Shown piece by piece: positions 54,995 through 64,000 of a DNA stretch of 64,000 bases. Position numbers and translations under genes: made by a program. This DNA comes from Octopus vulgaris. Its lineage: Eukaryota. Below the pieces are notes generated by a model, which worked only from the letters and a program-made list of their open reading frames with translations, did not search any database and had not been told where the DNA came from. Positions within the stretch are counted from its first letter, which is position 1; every line of letters starts with the position of its first letter. The DNA lies in NCBI GenBank assembly GCA_951406725.2, contig OX597816.1, positions 23,684,001-23,748,000 of the forward strand, given 5' to 3'.

Positions 54995-55387
54995 TAAATT
55001 TCCAGATTTGGTTGGCAGAGATTTACAATCCTAACGGGTACCGTAATCTCAGAAGGTCAGGTATATTATTATATCGGTGCTTGTGAAACACATATTAAAA
55101 GAAGAATTTCTAATCATGAAAACCTATTTGGAGATAGCAAAAAGAGAAATAATACTAGCTTAAGCAAATTAATTTGGTCCATAAAAGAAAATAAATAGGA
55201 ATATGAAATTACCTGGGAAATAATTAGTAGAGCTAAACTATAAAAGCAGAGCGGGAAAACGGTGAGAATTGTGTGTTGAAGAAATTTACCAAATTTTTAC
55301 ATCAAAATAAAAATTAATAAAGCATAGACGCGATAGCACGTACGATGTATTCATCAGTCTAAAAACCCGTTTAATCGATTTGAGTAA
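54995..55387 (+). pseudogene. PLE GIY-YIG fragment (same type as 29849-30255)
   Basis: VYYYIGACETHIKRRISNHENLFGDSKKRNNTSLSKLIWSIKENK*EYEITWEIISRAK...ELCVEEIYQI...CIH, with several stops. Confidence 0.8.
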
Positions 55388-55584
55388 TTGCACGATATGT
55401 AATACTAAAATTAGAATAGAAATCAGTAAACAATATCAAGTAGGGAAGCTAATTAAACTTCAACATAATTAAACTTAATTCTAAAGATTAAACAAAAATA
55501 AGGGTATAAAATTAACGATATCTCTAAATTTAACTTAATTATAAATTTGCAAATTAAACAATAGAATAATAGCTCGTTCTTAAC

Positions 55585-55652
<68 letters not shown>

Positions 55653-56067
55653 CAGCAGCAGCAGCAATAATACTATCAACATACTCTAAGCAACCTGATA
55701 CTAAATACGAATATTTCCACTCACCACTCAAAGAAAAAGACACATTTGCTGACTACTGACCCATTCTTGGACGGCTAGTCACTTGCTTTTTTCTCTAGCC
55801 AGCAGAGTTGAAAAGGTTAAAAAAACTAACCTAACATGAAATATGTTAGTCGGACTTTAGTTCAAAAGAAATCTGAAATGCAGTTAATAGTACCCTGAAG
55901 AAGCAGCAGTTAATACCAAAATGCACACCAAGATACAAACTTTTACAGAGTGCAATAAACTGCAGCAAAACATATGTAGGTACAGAAATGACGCGATTGA
56001 CTGCAGAATAAAACTGGTTATACAAACCTCTGTTCTTAATTATTAATGTATATATACATACATGCAT

Positions 56068-56125
<58 letters not shown>

Positions 56126-56553
56126 TAAAATAAGGGAGAAAAATTTAATATTAATTTGATTAATATCGATTTAAATCCAGTGGTCTAGCATATTGAAATC
56201 TGAAGATTCAGAAAAATTATATTATATACATATAAAAGTGATGACCACTACGTGGACATCACTTATGCTGGAAGTAGATCCGTTATAGTATTACAACTAA
56301 AAAAGGAATGTTCTCGAGAAAATTTAGCAAACGCCAGAACGTAAGCGAACATTCGCTATTAACATTTACGCAAATTACTTACACAATTGTCCGTAGCTCA
56401 TCAGTATGATCGTCATTGCTAATATAGATTGCAGAACTATACACGAGACGTCCGCATGATATTCAACATGTAAACCATCCAGATTTCTGAGTACCTCATT
56501 TCTTCTAATATATATATATATATATATTATTTTGTTATCTTACCGTTTTACCA

Positions 56554-56613
<60 letters not shown>

Positions 56614-57645
56614 GTTACTTTGATACTTTGATACTTTGATAGGTTTCGGCCATTATTGTCCCAGGCCATGTCTAACTTAATAGCACCACCTGGTGAAGTC
56701 TTTCAAGTCAGAATTTGGGCACTATGGCCCACTCAAGTAGAGAGTTATTGTTTACAGAGACATATCTGGGTGTAGGGGGTTTATCCGGGATTTCTTGAAG
56801 GAATCTGTCCAAAGACTTCTTGAACCCTATAGGGTCAGTTTCTGTTTTAATGTGTTTTGGTGTAATGTTAAAGAGAGCGGGGCCAATTGAGGTGAAATAA
56901 TTGTGCCTATTGTTGTTATGAGATGAGAGTGCGATTTTTGTTTTGGGCGGATGGCACGGGGCCCAAGTCTTGGATGTACCTTAAAGGTGATGCCAACATC
57001 ATTTGGGCAATGCTGATGGAATATTTTCCACATCATGCAGATGATGTAGCGCTCACGACGACGTTGGAGAGAATAGAGTTTTAGCTTTTCTAGTCGACCC
57101 CAATAGTCGAGGCCTGTCATGCCATCTATCTTTTTTGTGATTGCCCTTTGAGGTGCTTCAACTTTTATGATACCTTGTATTGTGTGGGGAGACCACAGTG
57201 GACAACAGTATTCAAGGTGGGGTCGGGCAAAAGTGGAGAAGAGAAGGATAATGGTGTGGATATCTCTCGACTGGAAAGTTCTGAGAATCCAGGAACACAT
57301 TCTGCGGGCCATGTCAACTTTGGTGTTTATATGAGTGGCCCAGCTTATGTTGTTGTCCACAATTACTCCCAGGTCTCTGATGTTGTTGGACGCCGCGAGA
57401 GTTTCACCTGAAGGAAGGGAGTATGGGAGTTTCAGGGCATCCTCTTTTCCAAAGTGGATTAGCTCAAATTTATCCTCGTTCAGCAGCATATTGTTTTTTT
57501 CTGCCCATTGGATAACAGCCAGTAGATCTGACTGAAGGCATGTCCGGTCACTCGCCTCATTTATGACCTTCTGTAGCTTGGAGTCATCTGCAAAGATTTT
57601 TATGTTGCTGTGCTTGATGATGTCATTAATGTCATTAATGTAAAC
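56614..57645 (-). mobile_element. 5'-truncated CR1-group LINE (RT C-terminal half, 3' UTR, tandem tail)
   Basis: YINDI...IFADDSKL...LNEDKF...IRDLGVIVD...RPHLEYCCPLWSP...LYSLQRRRERY. The C-terminus is frameshifted and the tail is (ATCAAAGT)x3. Confidence 0.9.
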
Positions 57646-57984
57646 TGTTTGTGTGTGTTTGTATCTATATAGGTATGTATATATATATATTTTATACATT
57701 ATATATATTATGCATTATAGATGATACATAATATATATAGATAATGTATATGTACTATATATTATATATATTGTACATTATAGTTAGATAGACAGACAGA
57801 CAGATAGCTAGATAGATAGATTCATACATATGTATATACATACATACATACATACATACATACATACATACATACATAGGTATGTAGTTCGGCAGGTATG
57901 TATACAAACGTCTGTACGTATTTATGTAGGTATGCATGTATATGTATGTATGTGCATTTACACGTGTGTGTGTGTGCGTGTGTG

Positions 57985-58027
<43 letters not shown>

Positions 58028-58805
58028 GCGTCATTTCTGTAACTATAACTTCAATAATAGAAACGGTGGGGAAAAGTTTATCGGCACCCCCTCACGTACA
58101 CACAGAAAACCTCATGCATGTGTGTGTGTGTGTGTGTCTGTGTCTTTGTGTGTGTGTGTGTGTGTGTCTGTGTGTGTGTCTGTGTGTCTGTGTGTCTGTG
58201 TGTGTGTGTCTGTATGTGTGTGTGTGTGCGTGTGTCTGTGTGTCTGCATGTACGTGTGTTTTGTTTGTATGCATGTATATGCAAATAGATAGATAGATAG
58301 ACAGACAAAGAAGCAGACAGACAGACAGACAGACAAGCAGACAGGCAGACAAGGGAATAGTGAGTTAGTGGGAGAGCAGGAAACCAAATAGCCGATAGAT
58401 GCCGAATTTAAAATGCCTAATGTCCAATTATTGACATTTATGCATATTCATATGTATGTATGTATCTGTATATACAAATGGATACATACATACATATGAG
58501 TGTGTGTGTGCATATATATATATATATGTGTGTGTGTGTGTACGTATGTATATATAAATATATACATATATATGTGTATATATTTATATATATGTATATA
58601 TAAATATATATGTGCAAATGTATGTATATATACTATACATATATATGTAGATATATACGTATATATATGTGTATATATATACATAAACACATATGTGTAT
58701 ATAGTTGTTTATATATATTTGTGTACATACATATATATATATGTATATATATATACTTATATATATATATATGTGTGTATATATATGTATATACATGTGT
58801 ATATG

Positions 58806-58843
<38 letters not shown>

Positions 58844-59011
58844 TATGCACATATATGTTTTTGTGTATATATGTGTCCTTATATATATATATGTATATAT
58901 ATGTATATATGTGTGTGTATATATGTGTATATGTATATGTGTATATATATATGTGCATATATATATGTATATATACGTATGAATGTATATATGTATACAT
59001 ATATATATATA

Positions 59012-59977
59012 CTAGCAGCATAGCCCGGCATTGCCCGGGTATGTAAGAGCCCCTAGTAGGCAACGCCTAATCCTAATCTAGTCCTTTCCCTCTAGGGAAC
59101 GAAGGCGCATGCGTAGGTTGCAATGTCTTCTCTTCACTCGAATACTTCTGTGTATACGATGTTCCTAGCTGTCCCTTTAGGCGAAAACATGAAAACATCA
59201 TTGCGCCTCCCAACGCGTGAACAGCCCACGTAGAGTTGACCATGGGCGAAGCACTGTTCGCCCAACTGTAACCCAGCGACTTGTAGCGTTTGGCCTTGGG
59301 ATTTATTGATGGACATTGCGAAGCAGAGTTTAACAGGAAACTGAAAACGCCTGAAGTGTATTGGTAGGTCAGCGCCCGACGGTTGAAGGTGCATGCGTGG
59401 AATGAAGACGTCCTCTCCTTCCCACAACCGGTAAGTATTGTGGCCGTTATTAAATGTGGTGCCAAATGTTTCACAACCAGACGTGTGCCGTTGCACTGTT
59501 TAGGTGGAACCAAATTCCTGATGAGCATAATGGGCGCACCGACTTTTAACTTCAGGATGTGTGGCGGCAGGCCTGACGGTTCAAGTGAATTCAGGAATTC
59601 AACAGGAATTCAAATAATCGGCAAGCTCTGCGGGGTCTGCTGTCCTATCAATAGATTTGTAGGCGTGGACATCACCAGGAATAGCTTCAAGTAGCTGGAT
59701 ATTGATGGAGTTGAGAGTTAAAAAGGTCGAGTTGCGTCCCCTAGACAGTCTGTGGTTTGTGTTACTGATTCTCGACCCCATGTCGAATTTATCAATTTTT
59801 TTCAGAACTGGGGGAACATTTCAAACTTTTCGCTGCGTTAGTTTTGAATTATGACATTGGGCTATGTGTGTGTCAAGTTTCATCAGAATCGGTTGAAAGC
59901 CGTGGTCAGGGTGAGGGTACAACCTGACAGACACACAGACACACAGACAGACAAACTGCCGTTTATATAGAGAGAGA
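59012..59977 (-). mobile_element. Internally deleted Helitron retaining the Pif1 helicase C-terminus
   Basis: [30 protein letters not shown]...CNGTRL...[19 protein letters not shown]...[11 protein letters not shown]...NIVYTEV. It has a TC start, hairpin CCCGGGCAATGCCGGG and CTAG end. Confidence 0.92.
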
Positions 59978-60232
59978 TATACGCATATATATATATTTAT
60001 GTATATATATTTATGTATGTAATTAAGTGTAGGGTTGGGTGTGCCTACGTATATGATTATATATGATTATATGTCTGTGTGTGCACGTAATCCTTCCTAT
60101 GTCTGAATATTTAATATGCAATATATTGCTGTGTATTTACATTTAAAAGCAAACAATGAACACAAAAAGATGTGACAAAAAACCGAACTAACCATAAGTG
60201 AATGAGTAAATAATGATATAAATATAAACAAG

Positions 60233-60323
<91 letters not shown>

Positions 60324-60680
60324 TAAGCAATTGCCCATATATCAATAATAATCAGAAATTAAATATCAATACTTTTACTTTCACAGTAATTTCGAAAGCG
60401 AACAGAAGTAATATATTTGTGAATAGAGAGACAAAAAAAAATTTATTTTCCAGTAGTTATATAATTATAATACAAAAGAACGTGGCTGTTTTTTCTTTTT
60501 GTGTGTTCGCCGCCATATTTATTCAGACTGGCTTTGTGTCGCTGCAGAAACAAAAGCTGAAAACTATGTAATAATATGTTATGTGTATCATCAGTAAGAT
60601 TTTTACGTGTTTGTTCTCAATGTATGCAAAAATGTATGTATGTGTGAGTATGGAACGAAGCTTTATATACATATACATAC

Positions 60681-60757
<77 letters not shown>

Positions 60758-60817
60758 TATATGTTCATATACAGATATATATGTATATATTTATTTATAT
60801 ATATATATGTATAAATT

Positions 60818-60858
<41 letters not shown>

Positions 60859-61057
60859 GTGTGTATGTATGTATGTATATATGTATGTATGTATGTATGT
60901 TTATTTTGATTTTTAATGGTATATTATTCGTATTTCATTTATCTATTTTTAATATTTAATATTTTTTTTCTCTAGTGTTTTTTATTGTGTTGTTGATTTT
61001 TGTGCTTTTCATCGTATTTGCAAAGCAAGAATAAAATAATTTAGCACATACATAAGT

Positions 61058-61089
<32 letters not shown>

Positions 61090-61763
61090 GTATGTATATA
61101 TACGTACATATATAAAAATTAGTATATTTACAGATGTACGTGGATGCATATATATATATATATATATACATGTATGCATACATTTGTGGGTGGGTGAATG
61201 TGTAGGTGTGTGAGCATGTGTGAGTGTATATATATGTGTACGTCTGCGTTCGTATGTGATATCTCTCGTTGTTTTCACATTCTATTTTCTGCATAGAATT
61301 TCCCGCTATAAACCATATAAAATATTATACATGAGGATATCGTATTGGAAAAAAACTCATCAGTTTTGTTCTGAGAAAGACAAAAGACTGAAAAATTATA
61401 CGTCGTAATAAAGAAGAAAGATCTTTATCAAACTGTATGGAAATATTTTGTAATGAATCTATTCTTGATGTTGTTGTTGTCGTCTCTGTATGATTTATGA
61501 TGATCGAGTGTATTTATATTTATGATATACGGGTGTATGTTCTTTTACTTGTTTCAGCCATTTGACTGCAGTCATGCTGGAGTACTGCTTTTAGTTAAAC
61601 AAAATCTACTTATTTTTTATAAGCCTAGTACTTCTTCTGTCGGTCCCTTTTGCCGAACCGCTAAAATACCAACATCGGTTGTCAAGCGATGGAAGGGACA
61701 CACACACACACAGACTCACACATACACAAATAGAAAGGTACACACACACACACACACACACAT

Positions 61764-61825
<62 letters not shown>

Positions 61826-63251
61826 AACGGTGGTGCAGCAGCATGGCCGCAGCTCTGAGCTGAAACTTGAAATATATATATATGCATATATATATATATA
61901 CATACTCTGTTACTCTTTTAATTGTTTCAGTCATTTGATTGTGACCATGCTGGAGCACCGCCTTTAGTCGAGCAAATCGACCCCAGAACTCATTCTTTGT
62001 AAGCCTAGTACTTATTCTATCGGTCTTTTTTGCCGAACCGCTAAGTTACGGGAACGTAAACACACCACCATCGGTTGTCAAGCGATGTTTGAGGGACAAA
62101 CACAGACACAAACATATACACACATACATATGTATATATTAATCAGCCGAAATTGACTGAAGATTGAAGGCTTCGAATGTCCCGTCCGTGTTTTTTGTAT
62201 CGTCTTCTAAATGTTTTACGTTCTTGTCCCAGTTTATATTTTTCTACATATAATATATATATATATATATATACGACGGGCTTCTTTCATTTTTCCTCTA
62301 CCAAATCCACTCACAAGGCTTTGGTTGGCCCGAGGCTATAGTAGAAGACACTTGCCCATGTGGTTGGTAAGCAAGCTACTTACCACACAGCCACTCCTAC
62401 GCCTATGTAATCGACTTATATATTTGTATATATTGCAAAATTTGTATATATTTATTTTATTATAAATACAAAGCAACACCACGGAGAAATCAACGTAAGC
62501 TTAGATAATAAACCGCGATAGGTAAACCGCGATATGGCGAGGGATTGCTGTATATACAATTTTTTGTCATCTATGTATCCCGTCTCGCCCCCCCCCCCCC
62601 CTCCCCGCACACACTTCCGGGGCGATTTTGTCCAATATTTTTTGCACTACGCACTTAAAAACACTAGCAGGTACCTTTTCGGTAAAATAAATATTCTTGG
62701 AAATTTATGAATTTATGAAATTTATTAATTTTTTGGCACTACGTACTTAAAACGATGGGAAAAGCCTTGAAGGTTAAAAGAAATTCTTTGGAAATCGGAG
62801 ATTACCATAACAATTCCCTCTTCCTTTATTCTTAAAAAGAAAATGAAGCGTAATTTAGAAGTGAAATTTTTTTGAACTTTTGCATTAACCCAGCCCCACC
62901 TTACGTCCTAAAATTTCAGTTTTTTCCAAAATTTCTTTTTAATCATGGTGTTAAAATACGGTCAGTTCGAATCTGCAATTCATTTCTGCTTAAACTTTGA
63001 AAATAATTTTCAGACGAAAAATTGATTAAAGGGAGTTTTAGCTATTGTTTCCAGCACACCCCACGACCACCTGCTCTCTCTCCTTCGTTTCTTTGTCATT
63101 CTGACATTTATTGATTTTTTTTTTTTCAATATTTTTCTTCCCGTAAACACATTTTATGGAATGTTGATGCGGTGTTTAGAACTTGAGCAACAATAAGGAA
63201 AAAAATATTTAAATCTTTAACCCCCACATCGAATGAGTCAATGCATGAGTA

Positions 63252-63295
<44 letters not shown>

Positions 63296-63299
63296 TGTG

Positions 63300-63332
<33 letters not shown>

Positions 63333-64000
63333 AAGAAAAATCATATTTACTAACAGAAAAGTATGGTGTTAAAATAAATCGTCTTTTACATACCTTTTTT
63401 CAATCACGGTCGTCCTGATGAAATTCCTTGCACACATGCATAGGCACACACTGAAAACCACACACACACTTACACACTCAGTGTCAGTGATATAGTTGTG
63501 TAGAGAGTAAAAAAGATTGCCATGAGAAAATGAGATAGAGATCTCTTCTGTAGTCAACATATTTTGAAACTTTTAAATTAAGGGAAATTTTAAAATTTGG
63601 AATGGCAGGGAAAGGACTTCAACAAGCCTAGTTGATTTATTGACTAACCGAACGATTAATCAAACAATCACTGGTTTAATTAGTCAAATGATTAACCAAT
63701 TGTCTAGCAAAAATAAAAGAAGTTAAACAGAACGACGCGTGTGTTTATTAATGGCATAATGACCTTCCCGAGATACAACACAATTGTGTTAGTGTTTCTT
63801 TATCTATTTGAAAACAAATGAATGTCGCACTGTCTCGTCTGATAAAAGTTTAGTGTCTGAATTGGCCACAGACTCAACGCAATACCAGCAGCGTAGAGGC
63901 GCTATGGCCCAGTGATTAGGGCAGCGGTCCGGGCACTGTGATAGTTTATTGAGCAAAAACACCTAAGCTCCACGACGCTCCGGCAGGCGGGGGTGAACCC

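Noticed and set aside
56345-56410. Minus-strand CUGAUGA-GCUA...UAGC-GAAU in the PLE-like terminus
   Set aside because: Stem II is present, but A15.1, the cleavage triplet and stem I cannot be assigned.
60507-60520. YY1-like CGCCATnTT motifs (also near 15220 and 53051)
   Set aside because: Short words expected by chance, with no promoter context.

Overview
AT-rich eukaryotic DNA dense in microsatellites and repeats. I see no credible host protein-coding exon, rRNA, bona fide tRNA or CRISPR array. The repeat families look like those I associate with an octopod cephalopod genome (recognition from memory, not a database result), and the window is probably intergenic or intronic. Nearly all ORFs in the track are translations of (TA)n, (CA)n, (TATG)n, (GATA)n or (TAA)n, or of SINEs. 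Real coding remnants are all from transposons: CR1-group endonuclease and RT, RTE RT and a C-terminus with three C2H2-type fingers, R4/Dong-like and HERO-like restriction-like endonuclease tails, four Penelope-like (PLE) GIY-YIG fragments, a Helitron Pif1 helicase and two mariner pieces. The most interesting signal is non-coding: six type I hammerhead ribozyme folds of different sequence, read by hand in PLE-like termini. They include a candidate U3-A8 compensatory core variant and a back-to-back pair inside a 148-bp palindrome. Other patterns: PLE-like pieces repeatedly sit inside the microsatellite carried by one SINE family; a 557-bp non-coding element occurs only in (TAA)n; SINE multimers have fixed junctions; and several fold-back hairpins occur. 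Each component class is known, so any novelty would lie in the variants and their arrangement. All folds and alignments were done by eye and most boundaries are approximate.
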